DNA of 64,000 bases, from positions 258,820-322,819 of the IMG/VR virus record IMGVR_UViG_3300031994_000003. One strand, given 5' to 3'. The stretch's first letter is position 1, and each line of letters starts with the position of its first letter. Shown here piece by piece: positions 49,701 to 58,801 of the stretch. The notes under the pieces are model-generated. The model did not search any database. It was not told the DNA's origin and saw nothing but the letters and a program-made list of their open reading frames with translations. Source of the DNA: a virus (taxonomy: Duplodnaviria; Heunggongvirae; Uroviricota; Caudoviricetes). The translations under genes and the position numbers were made by a program.

Positions 49701-52700
49701 TCACCAGACGGTGCTCTTCATGCTAACTTAAGTAATAATAATTATATTTTAACACAAGAGGGTGCAAAAGTACCTAACTTTACATATAAAGTTGTAAATA
49801 ATAGTTATTTAAATGATAATACCGATGACACAGGAAAGCATCATAATAAGAATGGTGATTTGTTATCATATACTGATAAAGATGATTATAAGAAAACTAT
49901 CCCTACAATAGATTATTTAAATAAATTATTAGAATTAGGCTATACAACATATTTTGGAGAAGAAAAAGGATATGTTGTTCATATTGATAATTTATATGAA
50001 GAAAAGTCTATTGATGAAAATGATGTTGAAACAGTTACAAACTCTGGCTACATAATCCAATTTGCAAATCCAAATGATACAACTAGTGATCATCCAGTGT
50101 TTGAAGAAAACCCACATGGAAGATCTATTTATAAATATACTGCCCCAGCAAATGCTAATACACATGAAATTAAAAAAGTATTAGTTTCATATAATCCTAA
50201 AAAATATGATTATATATTACCTGGTGATTATATTATTGTCAATGAGGATTTAAATTATAGTTATATAGATGGATTATGTAGTAGATATTATGAAAATAAT
50301 GCTGCATTATATGCTGCAGAAGGAACTCAAAAATTTGATGCAACTATTAAATATAATGTAACAATATTACATAATAATTCTATTGAAAATGGTAGAGTAG
50401 TTTATGTATCAAATACAAAAGTATCTGGTAATGCAACAAATGTTTCAGATGATGCAACGTCATATAATATTCCATTATTTAATTATAATAAAAAATATAA
50501 AGAAAAGAATGATAATACAAATTCTGGTAAAGAATTTAATTATGAAGTTCATAATTCAGATATTAAAGTAAAACAAGATACAATTAATGGAAACTCATTA
50601 ACATTAACAGGATTAACAGCTATTGAAAATTTAACAAATGTTAAAACTAGTGGAATAAATGTTAATAATATTAAGCCAATTGATACAAGTATTAATGTTG
50701 GTGATAATAATACAATATTAGATATTACAACAAATACAACAAGTGTTGTTGCAGCCAATACATTAACATTAGCAAATAATAGCAGTCAAGTAGCAATAAC
50801 ATTAAATACTACTGGAATTTCTATTAATAGTGGCATTAATGGTATTAAAATTAAAGATAATGATCCAAGAGTAATATTACATAATATTACAGATGGAGAA
50901 TTAAATGGGGATACACAAGTTTGGGTAAATGGAATTAACGATTTAAATATTTCAACAAATAATACAAATATTACAACTGCTAATATTAACATTAATTCCA
51001 ATGCATTATCTGAAACAAATATTGCAGTTAATGATGTAAATTTAATTACTGCTAGTAATTCAACATTAAGATTTAAAAATATTGATAAGGAATTACAAGT
51101 ATCACAATATGTTCATGAATATATCGCTATAGATAATAATGAAGTATATTCTAGTAATAGAACTTATAAAGTATTAAAAGATGTAATTACACGCGAAAAC
51201 AATATTATATATAAAGAAAATAATATTGATAATACTTTAGTTATTGATAGCGCTGAAGCATTTAATAATTATAAAAGTAGAATTGTTAAATTAAAAGAAA
51301 GTGCATTAACTGATACTGGATTATATACAACAAATATTGAAGGATATAATTTAGATATTTCAAATAATGCAAATATTAAAAATATCATTAATACAAGCAT
51401 TTCAACAAATAATGCAACAATTACAAATGCATCTGTTGGAGTTGCAAATGTTGGTGACTTAACAGTTACTAATACTACTAATTTAAGTACTGCATTAGTA
51501 GATAGATTTATAAATGTTAATGACAATTCAAAAATAGAAATAACAAATGGTAATTTAAATATTACTAACGGTACAAATGGTGAATCAACTACAGTATTTG
51601 CTATAAATGCTAATACTAAAAACATATCAGTAGATTCAGACATAGTATCAGTTTCTACAAATCATGCATCTATTAATGTTTCAGATGGATTTACAATAAA
51701 TTCATTTGCAAATATCAATACTAATGCAAATATTGTTTTAAACAAAAATAAATCAATTACTATTGATGACTCAAATGTTGTAATTTCATCAAATGGTGTA
51801 AATACACATACACTTACAGTATCACAAATAACAACAAATAATGCAAATAATCAAATTACAGTTGATTCTGGAAAGAAATTAATAGCAAATATTTCTGCAA
51901 CTATTATTAATGGAGAATCTAAATTTAAATATAATATTAATGATGATATTCCTGAAATTAATAATGTAACATTAAATGCATCACATCCTATTGTATTTAT
52001 TGATGAAATAAATAATAATGCTGTTGGTGAAATTAAATCTGGTGTTTTAAAAAATATTGATGGATTAAATTCAATCACTAATGGAAATAACAGATTATTA
52101 TTATCAGAAGATCAAACAAATAATATAAAAATTGAAAGTAATAACTCAGTATTAATTGGTAACTCTTTAAATGGTAATTATGTTTCTATCACTGGTGGAG
52201 ATATTAATGCAAATACTGTTACTGCAAAAAATCTTAACATTATAAATGATAATGTTAATATGCTAAATATTGAAGAAAGAAATTTAAGTACATATGATAG
52301 AATAATCGAATTAGGAAAAACTACATCTTCAATGAATAATACGGTATATGATACATATATAAGTGCATCTGATGCGGGTAAAGATTTATCATATATTGGT
52401 TTCTATGCAAAACAATTAGATGGAAAATCTCAAACTGCATTATTAGAATTCCTAAATGATTCATCAAGTTATGTCGATGAAAATATTCTAAATAAAGTAT
52501 TATTAAAGAAAATAGATTACTTAGAAGCATCTGATGATCAAACTATATTAGGTAAGATTAATAAGAATACCCCTTTAGATGTTAATAATTATGATTACTA
52601 TTATGGATATTCATATAGTAGTACAAACAATATGTTCTTACCAAATATATCAATATATAAGATTAATAAATTAGATGAAAATAAACCTAAAATTATTAAA

Positions 52701-54578
52701 ACACTAAATAATAATACTCCAATATTTGTATTTAAAGATAGTAGCAATAGTAGCATCTTATCTAATACAATAATAATTCATACTTTAACAGATAAACAAT
52801 ACCTTGTAAAAGGTTTATTTATAGGTGATGATGGTTATTGGAAAGTTGGTCGTGCTATTGTTTCTGATAAAAATCAAATTGATGCATCATCTTCAGGATC
52901 AATGCTTCAAGATATATTAACACGAACTAAATATACAGGAAATGGTGATTTTGTTCATAATGTTGATATTAATCATGAATCTGTTAATGATGGTTTATTA
53001 ATGGCATATAATCCTAATACTAAACGTATGGAAGGTGCTAATTTTGATTGGAATGGTGCTTTAACTATTTCACATGGTAAGATTAGAACACATCTTGCCG
53101 GAGATGCATCTAGCAATAATAATAACTATTTTGGTGTTGCAAAAATAGATTCTACAACATCTGTATTAATTAATGGTGTAGAAACTAAGCCATATAATGG
53201 TTTAAACATTAACGATGGTGTAATTTCCATGTCTCTTGCTACAAATGCTGATAATACTGGTAATACATATGGTACAGTTAGAGTAGAAACACATTCAACT
53301 GATGTAGTAACTACAACAGATGGTCAAGGAGTAACATCAACAACAAATAAAAATTATTATAATGGATTAACTATTAATAATGGTATAATTGGTATTAACA
53401 GAGCAACTGCCACTGGTGCAAGCGGAGAAACATTTGGTGTTGTTAAAGTAAGTGAAGGAAATGGTTTATACATTAGTAAGAGTACTGATGATGATAAACA
53501 AACTGTACCAGGTATTATAAGATTAGATGTTGCAACAAGTATTAATCCGGGTGCGGTTAAAATAACAACAGGAAATGGATTAATATATAATACATCAAAT
53601 GGTAGTGTTGGCTTAGATATTTCTCAATTTGTAACACAAACAAATGGTATTAGTGTTAGTGGTTGTATTGGTACTCAAAATATTGAATTGGCATTAGCAA
53701 CATCAGAATCTGCAGGATCTGTTATTGTTGATACATCATCTGAGACTGGATTAACTATTAGCAGTGGTCTATTAGGCATTAAGCCAGCAACTACACAGCA
53801 ATATGGTACAGTTAAAATTGATACAACAACTGGAACTTCTTGTGGTTTAAAAATTGATAACACTGGTCTATTAGGTGTAAGTTTAGCAAGTACTAAAAAC
53901 TTTGGTACAGTTAAAATTGATACAACAACTGGAACTTCTTGTGGTTTAAAAATTGATAGTGATGGTATATTAGGTGTAAGTTTAGCAAGTACTGAAAACT
54001 TTGGTACTATTAAAGTATCACAAGCTAATGGTCTATCAGTATCTGAAGGATTAATTAGTATGGCTAAAGCTGGAACTGGCGAAAATGATTTTGGTACTGT
54101 TAAAATTGGTAATGGTATCAATGTTGAAAATGGTGTTATTTCCACTGCAGTAGATGGATCTAATATTGTATTTAATGGTAACACAATAACTTTATCATCT
54201 AATATTAATATTGATGGAATTACTGTAACTACATTCTCTGCAAATACAATTACAGCAGATCAATATTATGTTAATTCAGATAAACGTTTAAAAAATATTT
54301 CTAAAGAATTAGATTATTCTGCTACAGAAATATTAGATAAAATAAAAACATATTCATTTACTTACAAAAATGATCCTATGAGTACTAAGCATATCGGTGT
54401 TATGGCTCAAGATTTAAAAGATATTGATCTTGATGGATTTAGTTTTGTAAATGTAAAAGAAGATGGTTTCTATGAAATAAAAGAAACTAAATTAATTTAT
54501 TTATTAATAAAAGCAGTACAAGAACAAAAAGAAGAAATTGAAAAATTAAAGAAACAAATTAATTTAGGAGAGCAATAA
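46704..54578 (+). CDS. Long tail fibre protein with C-terminal intramolecular chaperone (Peptidase_S74) domain
   Basis: 2624 aa, N/T-rich, with A...(F/Y)GTVK(I/V)..G repeats and C-terminal SDKRLKNI...YSFTYK...HIGVMAQDL...LIKAVQE coiled-coil end. Confidence 0.8.
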   Translation: MPDIRNLKNVLYKTLEYTTNIESNKCVLFSANDAYKIGCYLSTPDFSFYFEVDNNGVYKITNAKCNTTGKSVSIYFENTNNMNRYYAELNSGIFGYTTTRKEIFYGIMNAELTAATTEVLENPVVTIDFSTEEILGSYKISDNAEVLDINVQRNVVVGGNASVSQNLTVSGSTSIAQDLTVSGEATLNGITNVISTATLNTLNVTGSTIASNVNSCTTLTLNENTLVNGEAELNVLNVTDNTIAKDIIANASTTFETTVNVSGNADLNRLTVNNQSTFNNLNVEGLLKSKETVFLNKTVWVDDLNNIVETADLTEAEVNYLNGLEESENLREITENIDSADPTNNRRHLKEVNTFTPTFDVSGNTYLNNLAVNTNTTINDLNIEGTLDQTSSNNTVTVTGNIGINNIESINTANINNLNIEGTLDQTSSNNTVTVTGDIIAVDANINSASINDFISAGEVYANKVTSKGEMTIDNDTIVQNIVYVDNESDIEAIKENLGKVFVKNTTPINDVYKVVSDGTSFTVQQLAGVINNENEFKTTDLLVAKYNNKYYDVEKYNKLTLENHDSLEPAVLSTENAEKAIKKLLRNNLYRLDASSLIAKNVRFADLLTVYGTTIIADGEDYGNIYFGDTDVAVRGVTVEAYGQISVPDDYRQFTSNNDDYVIQKAGHTIENGIEVPTLNEVTVEYDKESLKTILKTVTDRIKLNTSVLGRTIKFADGIISIINKEVTENDTTSIVKQLNVRNKSKILLAIYEDSTSLFTNNMDLYDQYCNPELNLKSNKFNDLTGYSFDDVLAHNIELIDDVEDGSDDIKGKYLYLPYRKDGKSKYIYPSLLVYVDEDNNHDFHIHVQQTRTNGNDHTYLELDNDAYDFVSETWGLNQLNLGTNFLNDKHNNLYMLIPSPAVVESYDTIITEDYLDEHNETQTREVHVNNYVLQNSISLYATSLEASDDYLVTAKALYGILNNGATSTTPFASNILKQGTNNNLLYQQNPTSTKYVDSPDGALHANLSNNNYILTQEGAKVPNFTYKVVNNSYLNDNTDDTGKHHNKNGDLLSYTDKDDYKKTIPTIDYLNKLLELGYTTYFGEEKGYVVHIDNLYEEKSIDENDVETVTNSGYIIQFANPNDTTSDHPVFEENPHGRSIYKYTAPANANTHEIKKVLVSYNPKKYDYILPGDYIIVNEDLNYSYIDGLCSRYYENNAALYAAEGTQKFDATIKYNVTILHNNSIENGRVVYVSNTKVSGNATNVSDDATSYNIPLFNYNKKYKEKNDNTNSGKEFNYEVHNSDIKVKQDTINGNSLTLTGLTAIENLTNVKTSGINVNNIKPIDTSINVGDNNTILDITTNTTSVVAANTLTLANNSSQVAITLNTTGISINSGINGIKIKDNDPRVILHNITDGELNGDTQVWVNGINDLNISTNNTNITTANININSNALSETNIAVNDVNLITASNSTLRFKNIDKELQVSQYVHEYIAIDNNEVYSSNRTYKVLKDVITRENNIIYKENNIDNTLVIDSAEAFNNYKSRIVKLKESALTDTGLYTTNIEGYNLDISNNANIKNIINTSISTNNATITNASVGVANVGDLTVTNTTNLSTALVDRFINVNDNSKIEITNGNLNITNGTNGESTTVFAINANTKNISVDSDIVSVSTNHASINVSDGFTINSFANINTNANIVLNKNKSITIDDSNVVISSNGVNTHTLTVSQITTNNANNQITVDSGKKLIANISATIINGESKFKYNINDDIPEINNVTLNASHPIVFIDEINNNAVGEIKSGVLKNIDGLNSITNGNNRLLLSEDQTNNIKIESNNSVLIGNSLNGNYVSITGGDINANTVTAKNLNIINDNVNMLNIEERNLSTYDRIIELGKTTSSMNNTVYDTYISASDAGKDLSYIGFYAKQLDGKSQTALLEFLNDSSSYVDENILNKVLLKKIDYLEASDDQTILGKINKNTPLDVNNYDYYYGYSYSSTNNMFLPNISIYKINKLDENKPKIIKTLNNNTPIFVFKDSSNSSILSNTIIIHTLTDKQYLVKGLFIGDDGYWKVGRAIVSDKNQIDASSSGSMLQDILTRTKYTGNGDFVHNVDINHESVNDGLLMAYNPNTKRMEGANFDWNGALTISHGKIRTHLAGDASSNNNNYFGVAKIDSTTSVLINGVETKPYNGLNINDGVISMSLATNADNTGNTYGTVRVETHSTDVVTTTDGQGVTSTTNKNYYNGLTINNGIIGINRATATGASGETFGVVKVSEGNGLYISKSTDDDKQTVPGIIRLDVATSINPGAVKITTGNGLIYNTSNGSVGLDISQFVTQTNGISVSGCIGTQNIELALATSESAGSVIVDTSSETGLTISSGLLGIKPATTQQYGTVKIDTTTGTSCGLKIDNTGLLGVSLASTKNFGTVKIDTTTGTSCGLKIDSDGILGVSLASTENFGTIKVSQANGLSVSEGLISMAKAGTGENDFGTVKIGNGINVENGVISTAVDGSNIVFNGNTITLSSNINIDGITVTTFSANTITADQYYVNSDKRLKNISKELDYSATEILDKIKTYSFTYKNDPMSTKHIGVMAQDLKDIDLDGFSFVNVKEDGFYEIKETKLIYLLIKAVQEQKEEIEKLKKQINLGEQ
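47842..48013 (+). repeat. Exact 61-bp direct repeat, period 111 bp (47842-47902 = 47953-48013)
   Basis: Encodes LNIEGTLDQTSSNNTVTVTG twice. Confidence 0.85.
53804..54007 (+). repeat. Tandem 99-bp fibre repeat with an exact 56-bp core (53804-53859 = 53903-53958)
   Basis: Encodes GTVKIDTTTGTSCGLKID twice. Confidence 0.85.
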
Positions 54579-54594
54579 AATGCTCTCCTTTTTT
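54566..54594 (+). terminator. Putative intrinsic terminator after the S74 fibre
   Basis: Stem AGGAGAGCA/TGCTCTCCT, loop ATAAAA, T tract. Confidence 0.7.
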
Positions 54595-54614
54595 AATTAA
54601 AAGAGGTGATTAAT

Positions 54615-57377
54615 ATGCCAGAAGAAATACTTCCCGCTTATGATGAAGATGTTATTTATAGAACATTAATGTCTGAAGACTATACAGAGTGTAAATATTC
54701 AGAAAATGAGGTTGAAACTAGTGGAAATATTCCAGCAACACGTTTAAGGGGTTCTTCTTATTTAATTAAAAATAATGTATTAAGCATAGTTAATAATAAT
54801 AGAATATTTATTTGGACTAGAAATGAAAATGGATCATCAAAATATATTCCAGCATCAATGTATTACTCAGGTAGTAGTTATACTAGACTAGATACGCTTG
54901 ATTATTGGCATCAAAATATTTATTACTTTGACACTACGATAGTTGATAATGAAAATACCTTTTCTAACACAGAAGTAACAATATTATCCGAAAATAATAG
55001 CGATAAAATATATGGAAACTATTATAAAGAACGATATGTTGCAGGATATGTAACGCATGAGGCCCCACATCGCGAAGATGAGCCTGCACTTATTGTAACT
55101 GAAGAGGTATATGCTACTAAAAAAATACGCCTTGGTTTATATACATCAGATAAACGTTTTTCATATGATGTTTTAAGTAGCAATTGGAGTCTTTCAAAAA
55201 ATAATGATATTAAATTATCATATCCATACTATGAACATAGAAGCAAATCAAGATTTTTTAATAATAAATATAAATATAATTTTAATACATATAAAGATGG
55301 ATGTAACACTGTATCATTAAATGATAATAATGCAGCACTTAGATCATATTTAAATAAATTTAATTTATCTGGTTATATACGCGATGATTATATTGCTCCA
55401 GAATTTATTGGATCAAAATTTTATAGCTCTGCAGTTATTAATTTTGATGGTGATACTGATAGTGGTGCAATTATAGAACAATTAATGAATAAAAGACCAG
55501 CATCATCAGATTATAATATTCCATCTTATGGTTGGGATACAAGCCATAGTGGTGACACTTGGACACGTACTATAAAAGGTATTCCAAGTAATGATGACAT
55601 CTTACAGCATGCTTTTTTTGAATTAGCATTACTTAGTAATCCTGGACTATTTTTATCATTACATAAAAGTATTTTTGCATGGGAATTATATGATTATTAC
55701 AATAACAATACTTCTAAATTTGATGATTCTCTTTTTGTAAGACAAAATTGGTTTCCAACAAGATTTATATATACTGGTGGAGATAGTGCATATAATTTTA
55801 CAGATGGTAATATTTTTGGGGTTGGCAAAGAATGTATGTTATATCCTCCGGTTATGGTAAGTAGAATAGGATTAACACATGATAATAGAATATTTGTTAA
55901 TTATGATTTACCATTAAGTTATCAATCAAGGCTTACTCTTATTAATGGTAAATATACTTATGTTGAGAGTAATATTTCAGTATCATTACTTGCTGATTAT
56001 ATAACAGATGCAATTGATTGGGCTAAAAATCATAATTATAATCCAATAATAGATCTAATATCATCATATAATTGGATGAAAAATGGACAACATAATCGTA
56101 ATAGTTATTCAGGAGGAATTGCTCCATTAGATCCATCATTTTACTGTTCGCTAGATCATAATGGCTTTATTGATTCGTTGAAAGCGCGCGAAGATACTAT
56201 ATCATGTTCTACATTCTTAGAATATTATAGAGCAGCAGTAGCAGCAGTATGGAATAATTGGCCATCATATTATAACCAAAAATTTGGAAATAATATGATC
56301 ATATCAAAAAAATCAAAAACATTAATAAATCAAATATATCTTGCAGTAAATTCTGCTGGTGCATCTGGTGGATATGGAAAATATGGTGGATGGGGAGACG
56401 ACGTTATTGGATGTGGTGGTAATGCTGGTAGTGCTGCAACTTTTATGATATCAGAAATAGACCCAACACCAACAAGAAGAGTTGCATGTAACATATATTC
56501 AACATGTTTAGGAGGTAGTGCATTAGCTTTAAAAAACTATGATAATGGTGTATATTCATTAGCCGGAAATCGTGGTGGTGACACTCTTGTTTGTGGAAAA
56601 GATGCTGCATTTTTAATTGCAGGTGGAAAAGAATATGGTCCATATGAATGGGGTGACACTAGAAATCAATTTGATGCTATTAGAAAAGTATATGATGATA
56701 GAGATAATGGATATTGTACTTATATTACTAAGCAAGATATAGTATATGCATCTTATCCACCAAAGGGAAAATTGAGTAACATTAGTTCATCATCTATTCG
56801 TCAAGTTGGATCTGTATTGACTATATGCCCATATCCTCATGGAAGTTATAATTGTAGGGAATCTAATGTAGATACAGATAATTTATTAAAATATAGTGGA
56901 AAAGATGATAGAAATATTTATGGATTTTTTGTTAAGAGATATTATAACAGTGATTCATCTACAAACTATGCTAATCCTAGTACATATATGAAAAATACTG
57001 GATATATGTCAAATGTATATTACGATGTATATAGACCAGGAACACCTCCATATACTACAGATATTGATGATGAAACGAGCAATAACTTTTTTGAATGTAG
57101 TATGTGTTATGCATCAAATTCTATATTTGCAGATGGAGGTATGTGCCTAAGAGGAGATGCTATTGGAGATGACGATTTAAGAAATTCTGGAGAAACATTA
57201 AGAGAAACATATTGTCGTGTATATGCCGATGGAAGATGTGGATCTGGCGGTGGAGGACTTGCTGATACAAGTCAAAATAATGAAATATGTCGATCTGGTA
57301 ATGGAGGGTCTATGGCATTTCAAGTATTTTGGTATGCTGCAGGTGATTCTTCAGATAATTATGATGAGGATAAGTAA
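54615..57377 (+). CDS. Putative tail adhesin with Gly-rich C-terminal region
   Basis: RBS GAGGTG favours ATG 54615 (track: GTG 54606). Y/N/D-rich, with GASGGYG..GGWG, CGGNAGS and CGSGGGG..GNGG motifs; follows the S74 fibre. Confidence 0.55.
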   Translation: MPEEILPAYDEDVIYRTLMSEDYTECKYSENEVETSGNIPATRLRGSSYLIKNNVLSIVNNNRIFIWTRNENGSSKYIPASMYYSGSSYTRLDTLDYWHQNIYYFDTTIVDNENTFSNTEVTILSENNSDKIYGNYYKERYVAGYVTHEAPHREDEPALIVTEEVYATKKIRLGLYTSDKRFSYDVLSSNWSLSKNNDIKLSYPYYEHRSKSRFFNNKYKYNFNTYKDGCNTVSLNDNNAALRSYLNKFNLSGYIRDDYIAPEFIGSKFYSSAVINFDGDTDSGAIIEQLMNKRPASSDYNIPSYGWDTSHSGDTWTRTIKGIPSNDDILQHAFFELALLSNPGLFLSLHKSIFAWELYDYYNNNTSKFDDSLFVRQNWFPTRFIYTGGDSAYNFTDGNIFGVGKECMLYPPVMVSRIGLTHDNRIFVNYDLPLSYQSRLTLINGKYTYVESNISVSLLADYITDAIDWAKNHNYNPIIDLISSYNWMKNGQHNRNSYSGGIAPLDPSFYCSLDHNGFIDSLKAREDTISCSTFLEYYRAAVAAVWNNWPSYYNQKFGNNMIISKKSKTLINQIYLAVNSAGASGGYGKYGGWGDDVIGCGGNAGSAATFMISEIDPTPTRRVACNIYSTCLGGSALALKNYDNGVYSLAGNRGGDTLVCGKDAAFLIAGGKEYGPYEWGDTRNQFDAIRKVYDDRDNGYCTYITKQDIVYASYPPKGKLSNISSSSIRQVGSVLTICPYPHGSYNCRESNVDTDNLLKYSGKDDRNIYGFFVKRYYNSDSSTNYANPSTYMKNTGYMSNVYYDVYRPGTPPYTTDIDDETSNNFFECSMCYASNSIFADGGMCLRGDAIGDDDLRNSGETLRETYCRVYADGRCGSGGGGLADTSQNNEICRSGNGGSMAFQVFWYAAGDSSDNYDEDK

Positions 57378-57390
57378 GGATTGATAAAAT

Positions 57391-57810
57391 ATGGCACATA
57401 ATAATTCAAATAAAGAAAAAACAATTAATTCTATGATTATGAATATTCCTCTTGATACATGGCAAATCGATAATTTTAATATTTATTGTGATTATAAAAA
57501 TAATCTAATTACAATTAAAAATATATTAGATGATTATAGGGATTACTTTGAACAAGATGGATTTATAGAAGAAATAGAATTAGATAAAAAATTTTACTAT
57601 GCTCCAGCTAGATTTGCAGATTTCTATTATGGAACTCCAGACTTAGATTTCTTAGTCATGTATTTTGCAAAAATAGATTCATTATTTGATTTTAATAAAA
57701 AAACAATAAAAGTTTTATCTCCAGAGAGATTAAATGATGTTAATAAATTAATAATTAAATATAAGGATGTTGTTGAGAAATCAAAACAAGATCCAATAAA
57801 ATACGAGTAA
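57391..57810 (+). CDS. Putative baseplate wedge protein (T4 gp53/LysM-like)
   Basis: YYAPARFADFYYGTPDLDFLVMYFAKI fits the Y..P..(L/F)...YG...L...I pattern. Confidence 0.5.
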   Translation: MAHNNSNKEKTINSMIMNIPLDTWQIDNFNIYCDYKNNLITIKNILDDYRDYFEQDGFIEEIELDKKFYYAPARFADFYYGTPDLDFLVMYFAKIDSLFDFNKKTIKVLSPERLNDVNKLIIKYKDVVEKSKQDPIKYE

Positions 57811-57821
57811 AAAAAAGAAAA

Positions 57822-57855
57822 AAAGTAAAGAGATTCATTAGAATCTCTTTACTTT
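57822..57855. terminator. Bidirectional terminator between convergent genes
   Basis: 15-bp stem AAAGTAAAGAGATTC/GAATCTCTTTACTTT, loop ATTA. Confidence 0.8.
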
Positions 57856-58173
57856 ACAAGATGTTGCATAGAAATCTGCTTCTTCTTTATCATAAAAGAC
57901 ATCAGAATTAACTGTTACATCTTGCTTACTATAATATCTACTAACTCTATCAAATTTTATTATATTGTATGTAGTAGTATTGCCAGATGGTAACAGTTTT
58001 GTTACTTTAAATACAATATATGCTGATAGCCACTCACCTTGGTTATTATATGGAATATAACCACCAATTGGTTGAGTACCAGCATTTTGATTTTGATACA
58101 TTGCTATTGCAAGTGCTAAGCCCTTGTCATTAGCATTCTTTAAGTCAGCTTTGATATCTTTCATTGTTTTCAT
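57838..58173 (-). CDS. Small hypothetical (early) protein
   Basis: 111 aa, strong RBS AGGAGG, upstream TATATTAT. Confidence 0.8.
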   Translation of the reverse strand: MKTMKDIKADLKNANDKGLALAIAMYQNQNAGTQPIGGYIPYNNQGEWLSAYIVFKVTKLLPSGNTTTYNIIKFDRVSRYYSKQDVTVNSDVFYDKEEADFYATSCKVKRF

Positions 58174-58245
58174 AATTCTACCTCCTATATTTAATGATAA
58201 TACAATGATTTAATATAATGATTTCCTCTCTCATTATCTATAAAT

Positions 58246-58253
58246 ATAATATA
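58246..58253 (-). promoter_or_regulatory. Putative early promoter, context TATATATTAT-AT-TTATAGA
   Basis: The extended context is shared with the 58720 and 62125 copies. Confidence 0.65.
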
Positions 58254-58329
58254 TATCTAAAATAACTCAAAAAATAAAAAAAGAATATAAATTTTTCCTC
58301 TCCTTTCCTATTCTTTTTTTATAGATGTA

Positions 58330-58671
58330 TTATGCTTTACACATAGCCATAGCAGCTTTGTAAGCTAATGCTTTATCATCGCCGCTAAAGCCACTGTTGT
58401 ATAACATCTCATATGGATCTATTATACTAGAAAAGCAATCTAATGCATCTACGGGAATGATAACTTCACCATCAAAAGAATCTTCAGAACGAAGAGAATT
58501 TTGATAGATAGAGCTATCATAGATGGCTTGAATACCATTATCGTATTCTACTAATAGTACTTCATCACCAGTGATTACAGCACAACGTATAGTTACGATA
58601 TTTTCAATACCATCTATTACTATCTCGCATGGCTTTTTAAGATAGTTGTAAATAGTAATTTTTTTAGTCAT
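58330..58671 (-). CDS. Small hypothetical (early) protein
   Basis: 113 aa, RBS AGGAGGTG, upstream TATATTAT. Confidence 0.8.
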   Translation of the reverse strand: MTKKITIYNYLKKPCEIVIDGIENIVTIRCAVITGDEVLLVEYDNGIQAIYDSSIYQNSLRSEDSFDGEVIIPVDALDCFSSIIDPYEMLYNSGFSGDDKALAYKAAMAMCKA

Positions 58672-58719
58672 ATTTTCACCTCCTATATATGATATTTTTA
58701 TCTTACTACTTCTATAAAA

Positions 58720-58727
58720 ATAATATA
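58720..58727 (-). promoter_or_regulatory. Putative early promoter, context TATATATTAT-TT-TTATAGA
   Basis: Same extended motif as 58246 and 62125. Confidence 0.65.
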
Positions 58728-58766
58728 TAAAAGATTATTATTGAAAAATGAGAAAAAATAAAATAA

Positions 58767-58795
58767 AAAAAGAATAGTATTTAACTATTCTTTTT
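58767..58795 (-). terminator. Intrinsic terminator after the helicase
   Basis: Stem AAAAAGAATAGT/ACTATTCTTTTT, loop ATTTA. Confidence 0.75.
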
Positions 58796-58801
58796 ATTTT
58801 A

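Noticed and set aside
30211-54007. CRISPR array or non-coding tandem repeats
   Set aside because: All repeats are inside ORFs, in frame and without unique spacers of regular length.
214-57377. Diversity-generating retroelement target/template pair (BspA and fibre C-termini are common targets)
   Set aside because: No ~100-130-bp repeat pair differing only at adenines was seen and there is no reverse transcriptase in the window; the repeats found are in-frame fibre duplications. A DGR elsewhere in the genome cannot be excluded.
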